Origin: Candidatus Eiseniibacteriota bacterium
Lineage (GTDB): Bacteria; Eisenbacteria; RBG-16-71-46; JABDJR01
NCBI GenBank assembly: GCA_963783375.1
Contig: CAWANH010000029.1
Coordinates: forward strand, 832,001 to 896,000
DNA length: 64,000 nt
Direction: 5' to 3'
Positions 27,808 through 40,028 of this stretch are shown in pieces. The notes below the pieces were generated by a model. That model was not told the origin of the DNA. It saw only the letters and a list, made by a program, of their open reading frames with translations, and did no database searches. Every line of letters starts with the position of its first letter. Positions within the stretch are counted from its first letter, which is position 1. A program made the translations under genes and the position numbers.

Positions 27808-28374
27808 CTAGTCCAGGTGGATGTCGAGGACGCCGACGTTGCCGTCCCGGCGCTTGAACACCACCGTGGGCCGTCCGGTCGTCTCGTTGGTGAAACCCAG
27901 GGCGTCGCGGCGGGATGCCCGGAGCTGGGCGGCGGCCATGACCACCGACATGGACACCGAGAGGTCCCCCAGGTCCTCGCTCACCAGGCCGTCGTAGTCG
28001 GACTCGTCGAAGCCGACCGGCAACTCTTCCTCTTCCGGAAGCGTTTCGATCTCCGCGGGGGGCGCCTCGGAGGGGGCGCCGCGGCGCTTGCCGCGGGTGA
28101 GCCGGTCCTTGTGGCGGCGCACCTGGACCTCGATCTTGTCCAGTACGTGCTCCAGGGCCACCTTGTCGCTCTCGCCCACCGCGTGGCTGATGAGGGGGGT
28201 TCCGTTGGCGACCAGGGTCGCCTCCGCGTTGTAACGGTTCTTTTCGAAGCTCACCACGATCCGCGTTTCCAGGATCCGGTCGAAGTAGCGCTGAAGCCTG
28301 GCGACCCTCTCCTCCGCGCGCTGCTTGAGGCTGTCGCTCAGGTCGAAGTGCCGGGTGCTGATTTCAATCTTCAT
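27808..28374 (-). CDS. hpf: Ribosome hibernation promoting factor (long HPF)
   Basis: IEISTRH..LSDSLK, DKIEVQVRRHK, C-terminal VVFKRRDGNVG; directly after rpoN. Confidence 0.88.
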   Translation of the reverse strand: MKIEISTRHFDLSDSLKQRAEERVARLQRYFDRILETRIVVSFEKNRYNAEATLVANGTPLISHAVGESDKVALEHVLDKIEVQVRRHKDRLTRGKRRGAPSEAPPAEIETLPEEEELPVGFDESDYDGLVSEDLGDLSVSMSVVMAAAQLRASRRDALGFTNETTGRPTVVFKRRDGNVGVLDIHLD

Positions 28375-28442
28375 CTCGATCCTCCCTTGTTCCCATCGGC
28401 GGGCCCATCCGTGGCCACGCCGGGTCGCCGGCCCCCGCCGGG

Positions 28443-29849
28443 CTAATGACGCTTTCTCATGCGCGCGCTGGAGATGCCGAGCTGCTCCCGGTACTTGGCC
28501 ACCGTGCGCCGGGCGATGTCCACCCCCTCCGCCTTCAGGGTATCCGCGATCTTCTGGTCGGAGAGGGGGCGGTGCTTTTCCTCTCCTTCGATCAGCCGGG
28601 TGATCTTCTCCCGGGCCGCCTTGGACGAGATGTCGTCTCCGTCCGAGGTTCCGAGGCCGCTGGAGAAGAAGAACTTGAGTTCAAACACTCCGCGTGGGGT
28701 CTGCACGTACTTGCCGCTGGTCACCCGGCTCACCGTGGATTCGTGCATCTCGATCTCCCGGGCCACGTCCTGGAGGGTCAGGGGTCTCAACTGCAACACG
28801 CCGTGATCGAAGAAGCCCTGCTGCTTCTCGACGATCTTCGTCATGACCTTGACCATGGTGCGCCGCCGTTGTTCGATGGTCTGGACGATCCAGCGGGCGG
28901 ACTTGAGCTTGGACTTCACGAATTCCTTGGTCTTCTGGTCTCCCCCGCTCTGATCGAGCAGCACGCGCTCATAGGCCCGGTTGATGCGGAGCCGGGGGAC
29001 GTTACGGTCGTTGAGGAAGACCACGTACTCCTCGCCCACCCGCTCCACCACCAGATCGGGGTACACGTAGCGCGCGTCCTCGCCGGCCATCTGGGAACCC
29101 GGGTTGGGGTTCAGGGTGGCGATCTCGTCGAGGGCGGCCTGCACCTCCTTGACCGAAACCTTCGAGGAGCGGGCGATGTCGGTGAGACGCCGGTTGGTGA
29201 GCGATTCCCAGTGATCCTCCACGATCCGATAGGCCAGGGAATCCGCCTCCCCGCGGCCGCGAAGCTGGACCAGGAGCGACTCCCGGAGGTCCCGGGCCCC
29301 CACCCCCAGCGGCTCGCACTCCTGGAGCATCCGCACCAGGCGCTCCACCCGCTCGGGCTCGGTCCCGGTGTGCTCGACGATCTCCTCGGTGGACAGGGTG
29401 AGGTACCCGCGCTCATCGAGGGAGCCGAGGATGAAGTCCATGATGACCTCGTCCTCCGGTCCCATCGGCCGGGTCAGGATCTGCGAGCGGAGGTTCTCCT
29501 CCATGGTCACGGCGGAGACGTTGACCCGCTCGTACTGCTCTTCCTTGCGCTCGGACGAGAAGCTGGTGCCGGTATCGCTGGCGTCCTGGAGATAGGCCTC
29601 CCAGTCCACTTCGTCGTCCTTGCCGCCCTCCTCGGTCTCCCCCTCGGTCCGCTCCCCGTCCGCGCTCACCTCCGGGGTTTCGGTGATCTCGTCCACTTCC
29701 TCCAGGAGGGGATTGGTCTGAAGCTCGGTCCGTAGCTCCTCCCGGAGCTCCAATGTAGGCAGGGTCAGAAGCTTCAACGCCTGTCGAAGCTTCATGGTCA
29801 TGATCAGCGTCTGCTTCTGCGTCTGGCGAAGCTGGTGTTTCATTTCCAT
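28443..29849 (-). CDS. rpoN: RNA polymerase sigma-54 factor
   Basis: Q-rich N-terminus, NPLLE, HESTVSR, RpoN box ARRTVAKYRE. Confidence 0.97.
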   Translation of the reverse strand: MEMKHQLRQTQKQTLIMTMKLRQALKLLTLPTLELREELRTELQTNPLLEEVDEITETPEVSADGERTEGETEEGGKDDEVDWEAYLQDASDTGTSFSSERKEEQYERVNVSAVTMEENLRSQILTRPMGPEDEVIMDFILGSLDERGYLTLSTEEIVEHTGTEPERVERLVRMLQECEPLGVGARDLRESLLVQLRGRGEADSLAYRIVEDHWESLTNRRLTDIARSSKVSVKEVQAALDEIATLNPNPGSQMAGEDARYVYPDLVVERVGEEYVVFLNDRNVPRLRINRAYERVLLDQSGGDQKTKEFVKSKLKSARWIVQTIEQRRRTMVKVMTKIVEKQQGFFDHGVLQLRPLTLQDVAREIEMHESTVSRVTSGKYVQTPRGVFELKFFFSSGLGTSDGDDISSKAAREKITRLIEGEEKHRPLSDQKIADTLKAEGVDIARRTVAKYREQLGISSARMRKRH

Positions 29850-29867
29850 GACTTCGTCACGACCTTT

Positions 29868-30653
29868 CTAGAGAACGAACTGCTCGCCGAGATAGATTCG
29901 GCGGGCCATGGGGTCCCGGGCCAGTTCGTCCGAGGTTCCGGAAAGGAGGATCTTCCCCTCGTACAGGATGTAGGCACGATCGGTGGTGCGCAGGGTCTCG
30001 CGCACGCTGTGGTCGGTGATCAGGATGCCGAGCCCCCGGCGGCGGAGCCGGTTGATGATCTCCTGGATCTCCCCCACCGCGATGGGGTCGATGCCCACGA
30101 ACGGCTCGTCCAGGAGAAGGTAGCGGGGCTCGGTGACCAGGGCCCGGGTGATCTCCACCCGGCGGCGCTCCCCGCCGGACAGGTTGTAGCCCCTGCGGTC
30201 GGCGAGCTTGGCGATATCCAGCTCGTTCAGCAGCTCCTCCAGGCGCTTGTCGCGTTCCCGGCGATCCAGGCCCAGGGTCTCGAGAATGGCCAGGATGTTC
30301 TCCCGCACCGTGAGCTTCCGGAAGACCGAGGCCTCCTGGGGGAGATACCCGATCCCCAACCGCGCCCTCCGGTACATGGGAAGCCGGGTGATATCCCGGT
30401 CCCCGAGGAGGATCTTCCCGCGGTCCGCCTTCAGGAACCCCACGATCATGTAGAAGGTGGTGGTCTTCCCCGCCCCGTTGGGTCCGAGAAGTCCCACGAC
30501 CTCGCCGGGGCACACGTCCAGCGATACCCCGTCCACGACCTTGACCTTGCCGTAACGGCGCTCCAGGTTCTCGGCCGAGAGCCGGAGCGCGGTCCCGGCC
30601 TCAGGGCCCGGTCGAGAGGCTTCGTTCACGGTCGATGATGGTGACGTGGACAT
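29868..30653 (-). CDS. lptB: LPS export ABC ATPase
   Basis: [40 protein letters not shown]; start may be GTG 30629. Confidence 0.95.
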   Translation of the reverse strand: MSTSPSSTVNEASRPGPEAGTALRLSAENLERRYGKVKVVDGVSLDVCPGEVVGLLGPNGAGKTTTFYMIVGFLKADRGKILLGDRDITRLPMYRRARLGIGYLPQEASVFRKLTVRENILAILETLGLDRRERDKRLEELLNELDIAKLADRRGYNLSGGERRRVEITRALVTEPRYLLLDEPFVGIDPIAVGEIQEIINRLRRRGLGILITDHSVRETLRTTDRAYILYEGKILLSGTSDELARDPMARRIYLGEQFVL

Positions 30654-31200
30654 CCTGTTTCACCTGGTATTCGGACAGGTCGGGTTTGGCTTCGAAACCG
30701 ACGCCGGTGAGCACGCGATCCGGTTTTCGGATCCGGACCAGGCCGGGGCCGGTTATCCTATCCTCGTCCTTCGCATAGTTCATTTCCGAGGTCTCCAGGG
30801 TGTCGCCGTCGGTGGTGACGAGTAGCACCGCGTCCTCGGCGGTCATGTTCCCCGACTTTTCGTCCACCGTCCCACGCCGGGCGGTCATGACCGAAGTCAC
30901 CTTTCCCTGGTCGTCGTAGAACTCGAGCTTCGGGTCCTCGAGCTTGACTTCATCGAAGTTGGAGAACCGCCAGGCGGTCTTGGCGTGAAGCACCCAGGCT
31001 CGAAGGCCGTCGTGAGTCTCGGTCAGTTCGAACCCGCGGATTTCCCGATCCGCCCCGCTCGTCTCCTCCGAGGCCCCGATGGGGGCCTCCTTACCTCCGC
31101 AGGCGCCCAGGGCCAGGCTCGCGGCGAGCGCGGCCGCCACCGGGATCGCCGGACCCCGGAACCATCGACTGATATGCCCGGGGCCTAACCGGAAACGCAC
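30601..31200 (-). CDS. lptC: LPS export periplasmic protein LptC (lipoprotein type)
   Basis: LALGAC lipobox, [27 protein letters not shown] beta-jellyroll pattern; position upstream of lptB. Confidence 0.82.
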   Translation of the reverse strand: MRFRLGPGHISRWFRGPAIPVAAALAASLALGACGGKEAPIGASEETSGADREIRGFELTETHDGLRAWVLHAKTAWRFSNFDEVKLEDPKLEFYDDQGKVTSVMTARRGTVDEKSGNMTAEDAVLLVTTDGDTLETSEMNYAKDEDRITGPGLVRIRKPDRVLTGVGFEAKPDLSEYQVKQDVHVTIIDRERSLSTGP

Positions 31201-32138
31201 GTCGGCCCCCCCTCCCCGGGTCGTTCGCCCAGCCAGCTCCGGGTGGGGGCTTCCGCGGCCCTCGGCGCCGGTCCTTTCCAGCGGGGGTGGATCCAGATCC
31301 ACTGCTCCGGGGTGCGAAGGATAAGGCCCTCGAGGGCCCGGGCGACGTCCTGGGTGAGCGCCTCGGCGTCGCCGCCGGAGGCGGAGCGGATGGCGGGGAG
31401 CACGGTCACCCGGTGGGTGTGGTCGGGACGCCGGTGGATGCCCAGCGGGATGAGGGGCGCGCCGGACGCCATGGCAAGCCGCGCCGGGCCCTCGGTCATG
31501 CGCGTCCGCTGTCCCAGAAAATCCACCGTCACTCCTCCCCGCTTGATGCGCTGGTCGGCCAGGATCCCCAGAAATCCGCCCCCCCGCAGGTGCCGGAGGG
31601 CCTGGAGCGGGAGGGCCTCGCTCGAGAGCGTGCGCACCCCCATCTTCAACCGATGCTCGCGAAGGGCCCGGTCGAGACGGGCCTCGCGAAGCGGCCGGGC
31701 CAGGGCGACGAGCGGATAGCCCGCCTCCACCAGGGCCGCGGCCAGAATCTCCCAGTTGCCAAGGTGGCCGGTCACGATGACCGCCCCCCGGCCTTCCCCG
31801 AGCGCCGTGTCGAGGTGCTCCCGTCCCTCGAATCCGACCAGCCCGCGTCGCGTCTCCGGTCTCAGGGCCGGGTATCTCAGAAAGTCGTAGGCGGTGCGCC
31901 CGATCTCCTCGAACACCCGGCGCGCCTCCCGCTCGACCCGGTCCCGCGGCCATCCGGGGTAGACCCGGGCCAGGTTCTCCCGGGCCAGCCGGCGGTCCCG
32001 GCCCACCAGCAGATGCCCTCCCCGGCCGATCCAGACGCACAGTTCCCGGCCCGCGCGCTCCGGCAGCCACGAAAGGAGCCCGGGCAGAACCCGGGCCATG
32101 CCGAACCGCCCCCTCCTTCGCAACTCCTTGGTATTCAT
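31185..32138 (-). CDS. Lipid A late acyltransferase (LpxL/HtrB family)
   Basis: GHLGNWE, LADQ, VDFLG, PEQWIWIHPRWK. Confidence 0.9.
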   Translation of the reverse strand: MNTKELRRRGRFGMARVLPGLLSWLPERAGRELCVWIGRGGHLLVGRDRRLARENLARVYPGWPRDRVEREARRVFEEIGRTAYDFLRYPALRPETRRGLVGFEGREHLDTALGEGRGAVIVTGHLGNWEILAAALVEAGYPLVALARPLREARLDRALREHRLKMGVRTLSSEALPLQALRHLRGGGFLGILADQRIKRGGVTVDFLGQRTRMTEGPARLAMASGAPLIPLGIHRRPDHTHRVTVLPAIRSASGGDAEALTQDVARALEGLILRTPEQWIWIHPRWKGPAPRAAEAPTRSWLGERPGEGGPTCVSG

Positions 32139-32162
32139 ATCGGTAACTACCGTCAAGGCTTG

Positions 32163-32191
32163 AGGCTAACAGAGGTTCGGAGGCCGGTCAA
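32163..32191 (-). promoter_or_regulatory. sigma70-type promoter of the lpxL-lptCB-rpoN operon
   Basis: TTGACC-N17-TAGCCT. Confidence 0.55.
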
Positions 32192-32206
32192 GCAACCCTT
32201 GTGCCA
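32191..32206 (-). promoter_or_regulatory. sigma54 -24/-12 element
   Basis: TGGCAC-AAGGG-TTGCT, a full match to TGGCAC-N5-TTGCW. Confidence 0.8.
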
Positions 32207-32241
32207 AAAAGTTTGGCACGGTGGCTCAGAGCGTGCCAAAC
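32206..32241 (-). terminator. Hairpin plus U-tract after kdsD
   Basis: GTTTGGCACG-N11-CGTGCCAAAC followed by TTTTT. Confidence 0.5.
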
Positions 32242-32279
32242 CGGGATCGCGGGCTGAAAAGCCGGCGGCCGGGTCGGGC

Positions 32280-33308
32280 TCAGGGCTCGCTTCGCGCGGC
32301 TTCGGCCCGGAGACAATCGTGGAGGTGGATGATCCCCACCGGCCGGCCGCCCTCCACCACCACGAGGTTGGTGACCGCGCCGGGGCGGCGGGCCTCCATC
32401 TCGCGGACCGCGGCCGCCACCAGCGCGTCGGGCGCGATGGCGCGGGGCGCGCGGGACATGAACCGGGCCACCGGCTCGCCGAGGAGGTCGCCCTTCACCG
32501 GCCCGAGCAGCACGCGCTTCAGGTCGCCGTCGGTGAGCACCCCGGCCAACCCGCCCGCGCCGTCCACCAGGACCACCACGCCCAGGCCCTTGTCCACGAT
32601 CTCCACCAGCGCCTCGCGAAGGGTGACGGAGTCGGGAGCGGTGGGGAGCGCGGCGCCGCCGTGCATGAGTTCCCGCACCCGCCGCGCCACCTGGCGTCCG
32701 ATGAGCCCGCCGGGATGGACGTAGGCGAAGTCCTCGCGGGTGAGCCCACGCCGGCGGAGAAGCACCACCGCCAGGGCGTCCCCCACCGCCATGGTCGCGG
32801 TGCTGCTGGAGGTGGGGACGAGATCGAGCGAGCACGCCTCCTCGATCCGGCCGAGGGCGACGGCCACGGTGGCGCCTCGACCCAGGGGGCTTTCGGCCGA
32901 CTCCACCAGCGCGATCACCGGGGTCCCGAGCCGTTCGAAGTACGGAAGGAGGTGCAACAGCTCCGCACTCCGCCCGCTCTTGGAGAGCGCCAGCACCACG
33001 TCCTTGGACCCCACGATCCCCAGGTCTCCGTGCAGGGCCTCGGTGGGATGGAGAAAGAACGCCGGGGTTCCGGTGGAGGTGAACGTGGCGGCGATCTTGG
33101 TCCCCACCAGCCCGCTCTTCCCCACCCCGGTCACGATCACCCGGCCCGAGGCGGCTTCCAGTATCTCCACCGCGCGGCGAAAGCTCTGATCAAGCCCTTC
33201 GGCCACCCCGGCGAGGGCCCCGGCCTCGCGGCCCAGGACCTCGCGGGCGATCTCCAGGGGATCGAGCCCGGTCCCGGCGTTCATGGACGACCCGCTCTCC
33301 GCGCTCAT
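32280..33308 (-). CDS. kdsD: Arabinose-5-phosphate isomerase (KpsF/GutQ)
   Basis: GVGKSG, STGTP, EALHGDLG, PTSS, HPGG, CBS pair. Confidence 0.94.
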   Translation of the reverse strand: MSAESGSSMNAGTGLDPLEIAREVLGREAGALAGVAEGLDQSFRRAVEILEAASGRVIVTGVGKSGLVGTKIAATFTSTGTPAFFLHPTEALHGDLGIVGSKDVVLALSKSGRSAELLHLLPYFERLGTPVIALVESAESPLGRGATVAVALGRIEEACSLDLVPTSSSTATMAVGDALAVVLLRRRGLTREDFAYVHPGGLIGRQVARRVRELMHGGAALPTAPDSVTLREALVEIVDKGLGVVVLVDGAGGLAGVLTDGDLKRVLLGPVKGDLLGEPVARFMSRAPRAIAPDALVAAAVREMEARRPGAVTNLVVVEGGRPVGIIHLHDCLRAEAARSEP

Positions 33309-33879
33309 CGGGGGGCGCCGCCTTCGGCTTCCGGGCCGCCGCCGGTCTCCTCGCGCCCCACCGAGAACCCCTCGTCGCGGTTCGCGAACCCTTCGACGAT
33401 CGTCTCGCGGATCCCCGCCCGGTCGAGGAGCCACTCCACCGCGTCCCGTACCGCTCCCGCCCCTCCCGGCACCGAGGTCACGTAGCGGGCGGCCGCGCGC
33501 ACCTCGCGGCAGGCGTCGGCCACCGCGACCGGCCAGCCCACCCGGCGGAGGCACCGGAGATCGGGAAGATCGTCCCCCACGTAGGCGGCGTCGCTCCAGT
33601 CGATCCCCGCCTCCTCCAGCCAGCGGTCGAGGAACCGGTCCTTCCGTCCCACCCCGATCGCCCACTCCGCCCCCATCTCGGTGGCCCGCTGCCGGGCGGA
33701 CAGCGACCCCCGCGCGGTGAGAAAGAGCACCCGCCACCCCGCGGCCAGGGCCAGCTTCACCCCCACCCCGTCCCGGGCGTGGAAGCGTTTGGCGTCGCGT
33801 CCCCGGTCGTCGAGGATGATGCCGCCGTCGGTGAGCACACCGTCCACGTCGAGCACCAGAGCCCGGATCGTTCCCGCCA

Positions 33880-33880
<1 letters not shown>
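33305..33880 (-). CDS. kdsC: KDO-8-phosphate phosphatase (HAD)
   Basis: LDVDGVLTDG, YVGDDLPD, GGAGAVR. Confidence 0.92.
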
Positions 33881-36371
<2,491 letters not shown>

Positions 36372-36490
36372 CTACCGATCTCGTCGCCTACGATTCTACC
36401 AGCCCCGCCGGTACGGGGATTCCCGCCGTCCATCGATCCAACCGGGCCCCGCGCAGGTTCCGGTCCGCCCCGGCTCTCCGCGCACCCGGA

Positions 36491-37270
36491 TCAGCCCGCA
36501 CCCCCGGCGCGCCCGGCAAGAATTCGGCCGACCGGTTCCGCGTCGTCCGGGGTGTCCACCCCACGGGAGGGCCAGGTCCCCACCTCCACCACGATCCGGG
36601 CGCCCGCCTCCAGCGCCCGGAGCTGCTCCAGACCTTCCGAGCGCTCCAGGGCGCTCGGGGAAAGACCCACGAACCGTTCCAGGTACGCGGTCCGGAAGAC
36701 GTAGATGCCGATGTGCTTGAGCGGCCCCACCCCGTCCCCGCTCCGCCGATACGGGATCGGGGCCCGCGAGAAGTAAAGGGCGAAGCCGTCCGTTCCCAGC
36801 ACCACCTTCACCACGTTGGGGTCGGCGAATTCTCCGGCCGCGGCGGGAACGGCCAGGGTGCCGAGGTCGGCGCCACCTTCCCGCTCCATCCGCCCCACCA
36901 ACCGGTCCACCGCCTCCCCGGGGAGCAGAGGCTCGTCCCCCTGGAAGTTCACCACCAGATTGAAGACGTCCCCCTGGCCTTTCAGTTCCCGCACCAGATG
37001 TGCCGCCCGGTCGGAGCCCGAAGGGAGGTCGGTCGGGGTGAGTCGCGCCTCCACCCCGCATTCCCGCGCCGCCCCGGCGATCCCCTCGTGGTCGGTGGCC
37101 ACCACCAGCCGATCGATCCTCCCGGCTTCCCGGGCCCGGTCGATGACGTGAGCGATCAGGGGCTTCCCGGCGATGACCGCCAGCGGTTTCCCGGGAAACC
37201 GCGTGGATCCGTACCTGGCCGGAATCACCCCGAGCACGCGCACGTCGCTACCCCACTCGTCCCGGGCCAT
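36491..37270 (-). CDS. kdsB: CMP-KDO synthetase
   Basis: IPARYGSTRFPGKPL, QGDEP, YFSRAPIP, HIGIY, LEQLRALE; start 37270 or GTG 37243. Confidence 0.95.
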   Translation of the reverse strand: MARDEWGSDVRVLGVIPARYGSTRFPGKPLAVIAGKPLIAHVIDRAREAGRIDRLVVATDHEGIAGAARECGVEARLTPTDLPSGSDRAAHLVRELKGQGDVFNLVVNFQGDEPLLPGEAVDRLVGRMEREGGADLGTLAVPAAAGEFADPNVVKVVLGTDGFALYFSRAPIPYRRSGDGVGPLKHIGIYVFRTAYLERFVGLSPSALERSEGLEQLRALEAGARIVVEVGTWPSRGVDTPDDAEPVGRILAGRAGGAG

Positions 37271-37513
37271 GGCACGCCCCGGGACGACGGACGATTCGTT
37301 GGAAACAGCCGACGGGGGGATCTCCCCTGGGACCGGCGCCGGATGACGGGGCCGGATTCTCGAGCGGGCAACCGCGCTGCAGGGCAAGCCGGGTTGCTAA
37401 AGCGGTGGCCCTGGTCACTCTATCCGAACCGGTCCCCTTTGCAAGCCGCTTTTTTCCCGAACTCACGAATTGGTCGGGAGTTGGCCCCTTTTCCCTTGTC
37501 GAAGCGGGTCCGA

Positions 37514-37542
37514 TGGGATAATCTATCGGTCGATTCGGATAT
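37514..37542 (+). promoter_or_regulatory. Extended -10 plus putative SahR operator
   Basis: TG-G-GATAAT followed by palindrome TATC-N10-GATA (37524-37541), just before the sahR ATG. Confidence 0.55.
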
Positions 37543-37546
37543 AACG

Positions 37547-38518
37547 ATGAAACAACCACCCACGATCACCCGGCTCAAGGCCCTGGCCGACCCGGTTCGG
37601 CTCCGGATCCTCGCTCTCCTGGAGGACGAGGAGCTCACGGTGGGCGAGCTCACCGGGATCCTCGGCATGACCCAGAGCCGGGTCTCCGGGCACCTGGGGG
37701 TGCTCCGGGAAGCGGACCTGGTGCGGGACCGCCGCCAGGGGACCTCCGCCTTCTACTCCGCGCTTTCCGAAGGCGAGGCGGCCGAGACCTGGAAGGCGCT
37801 CCGCTCCACCGTCCCCGAGCTGACCGAGAGCGCCGCCGACCGCCGCCGCCTGGGCGAGACCCTCGCCCGGCGGCGGGAGAAGAGCCGGGAGTTCTTCGAC
37901 CGGGTCGCGGGGGCGTGGGACGACGGGCGAAGCGAATCCCTGGGGTATCACGCGGGGGCGTTCACGGTGGCCGGGCTCCTCCCCCGGGGATTCACGGTGC
38001 TGGATCTGGGAACCGGGACCGGTGGGCTCCTGCCGCTCCTCGAGCGGTACGCGGACCGGGTGGTGGCGGTGGACATGAGCCGGGGGATGCTCTCCCGGGC
38101 CCGGGGGAAGACGGGGGCGCGGGACGGGGCGCGGATGCTCCGCGCGGACGTGGAGCGGCTCCCCCTCGACGAGGCCTCGGTGGACGGGGTGGTGGCCAAC
38201 ATGATCCTCCACCATCTCCCCCACCCCGAAACCGCGCTCCGGGAAACCGCCCGCGTGCTTCGGCCCGAGGGCCGGGGGGTGATCGTGGATTTCGAGCCCC
38301 ACGACGAAACGTGGCTCTTGGAGGAGGAAGGGCATCGCTGGGCCGGGTTCGATCCCGCCCAGATCGCCGGGTGGTGTGTGGACGCCGGGCTCACCGTGCC
38401 CGAGTTCGAGCGGGTGCCCACCCCGGAAACCGGCCGCTGGCACCGGCTGGACGTGTTCGTGGCCCGGTTCGGCGCCGCCCCCCGGGCGGGGCGAAGACCG
38501 GGCGCCATCAAGCGTTGA
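37547..38518 (+). CDS. sahR: ArsR-family regulator fused to a SAM-dependent methyltransferase domain (SahR-like)
   Basis: KALADPVRLRIL, QSRVSGHL, VLDLGTGTG, NMILHH, H.W.GF; directly upstream of ahcY. Confidence 0.85.
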   Translation: MKQPPTITRLKALADPVRLRILALLEDEELTVGELTGILGMTQSRVSGHLGVLREADLVRDRRQGTSAFYSALSEGEAAETWKALRSTVPELTESAADRRRLGETLARRREKSREFFDRVAGAWDDGRSESLGYHAGAFTVAGLLPRGFTVLDLGTGTGGLLPLLERYADRVVAVDMSRGMLSRARGKTGARDGARMLRADVERLPLDEASVDGVVANMILHHLPHPETALRETARVLRPEGRGVIVDFEPHDETWLLEEEGHRWAGFDPAQIAGWCVDAGLTVPEFERVPTPETGRWHRLDVFVARFGAAPRAGRRPGAIKR

Positions 38519-38616
38519 TTCGAGGCCCCGGCGCCGTGATCGTCACGGCCCCGCCGGGCGACGATTTCCATGGAGCCGCCGACCGGCGGCATGACGACCC
38601 ACGAAGAGGAGAGACC

Positions 38617-39921
38617 ATGTCCAAGAAGAACGGGAACGCGAAGAAGCAGGAAGGCTTCGACACCGGCGATGGCTTCAAGGTCCGCGACCTGGAGCTGGCC
38701 CCGCAGGGACGGAAGCGCATCGAGTGGGCGGAGAGCCGGATGCCGGTCCTCATGGCCCTCCGCGAGAAGTACAAGAAGACCAAGCCGATGAAGGGGATGC
38801 GGATCGCGGGGTGCATCCACGTGACCAAGGAGACCGCGGTGCTGGTGGAGACGCTTCGGGCCGCCGGCGCCCAGGTCTCGTGGTCGGGGTGCAATCCCCT
38901 CTCCACCCAGGACGACGTGGCCGCCGCGCTCGCCGCAAAGGGAACGTCCATTCACGCCTGGCACGGGATGAACGTGAAGGACTTCTACTGGTGCATCGAG
39001 CAGAGCCTGGCCTTCAACCCGACCCTGACCCTGGACGACGGCGCCGACCTGATCATGACCGTGCACACCAAGCGGCCGGACAAGGCGGCGGGGATCCTGG
39101 GCGGGACCGAGGAGACCACCACCGGCGTCCACCGGCTCCGCGCCCTGGCTGCGGACGGGAAGCTCATGTACCCGATCGTGGCGGTGAACGACGCCGAGAC
39201 CAAGTGGGACTTCGACAACATCTACGGGACCGGACAGTCGTCCCTGGACGGCATCCTCCGCGCCACCAGCGTCCTCCTGGCCGGAAAGAACTTCGTGGTG
39301 GCGGGCTACGGCCACTGCGGCCGCGGGGTGGCCATGCGGGCCAAGGGCATGGGGGCCAATGTGATCGTGACCGAGGTCAAGGCCACCGCGGCCTTGAAGG
39401 CCACCCTCGAGGGCTTCCGGGTCATGAAGATGGACCAGGCGGCCAAGCTCGGCGACATCTTCATCACCGCCACCGGGATGAAGGACGTGATCGTGGAGCG
39501 CCACTTCGCCCGCATGAAGGAGGGGGCGGTGATCTGCAACACCGGCCACTATGACTGCGAGCTGAACCTCGACGACCTGGAGAAGATCTCCAAGTCCAAG
39601 CGCGAGGTCCGGGCCAACAACGAGGAGTACACCCTCAAGAACGGTCGGAAGATCTTCGTCCTGGCCAAGGGACGGCTGGTGAACCTGGCCGCCGCCGAGG
39701 GCCACCCCTCCGAGGTGATGGACATGTCCTTCGCCAACCAGTTCCTCTCCTTGCTCCGGCTCTCGCGCGAGGGGAAGAAGATGGAGAAGAAGGTCTACGA
39801 CATCCCGCTGGAGCAGGACCAGGACATCGCGGGGCTGAAGCTCAAGACCATGGGCTACGCGATCGACACCCTGACCAAGGAGCAGATCGTCTACGCCACC
39901 GACTACACCGCCGGGACGTAG
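38617..39921 (+). CDS. ahcY: Adenosylhomocysteinase
   Basis: MPVL, CNPLSTQD, LDDGAD, EETTTG, GYGHCGRG, GRLVNL, GHPSEVMDMSFANQ; GAGGAG RBS. Confidence 0.97.
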   Translation: MSKKNGNAKKQEGFDTGDGFKVRDLELAPQGRKRIEWAESRMPVLMALREKYKKTKPMKGMRIAGCIHVTKETAVLVETLRAAGAQVSWSGCNPLSTQDDVAAALAAKGTSIHAWHGMNVKDFYWCIEQSLAFNPTLTLDDGADLIMTVHTKRPDKAAGILGGTEETTTGVHRLRALAADGKLMYPIVAVNDAETKWDFDNIYGTGQSSLDGILRATSVLLAGKNFVVAGYGHCGRGVAMRAKGMGANVIVTEVKATAALKATLEGFRVMKMDQAAKLGDIFITATGMKDVIVERHFARMKEGAVICNTGHYDCELNLDDLEKISKSKREVRANNEEYTLKNGRKIFVLAKGRLVNLAAAEGHPSEVMDMSFANQFLSLLRLSREGKKMEKKVYDIPLEQDQDIAGLKLKTMGYAIDTLTKEQIVYATDYTAGT

Positions 39922-39981
39922 GCGGGATTTCGTATCCCGGCCGGGCGGCTCTTGCCCGGTTCGCCGAAGTTGAGCGCACAT

Positions 39982-40013
39982 GGGAAGCCGGGGCCGCTGG
40001 GCCCCGGCTTCCC
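39982..40013. terminator. GC-rich hairpin between convergent genes
   Basis: GGGAAGCCGGGGCC-GCTG-GGCCCCGGCTTCCC, 14-bp stem, no clear U-tract. Confidence 0.55.
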
Positions 40014-40028
40014 TCTGCCGGCCGGAAT

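Noticed and set aside
28375-28442. GG-N10-GC spacing upstream of hpf as a sigma54 promoter
   Set aside because: No TTGC at -12; expected by chance at this GC content.
38519-38616. Possible SAH riboswitch upstream of ahcY
   Set aside because: No GAGGAGCG/CAGGCTC-type core seen; regulation is better explained by SahR.
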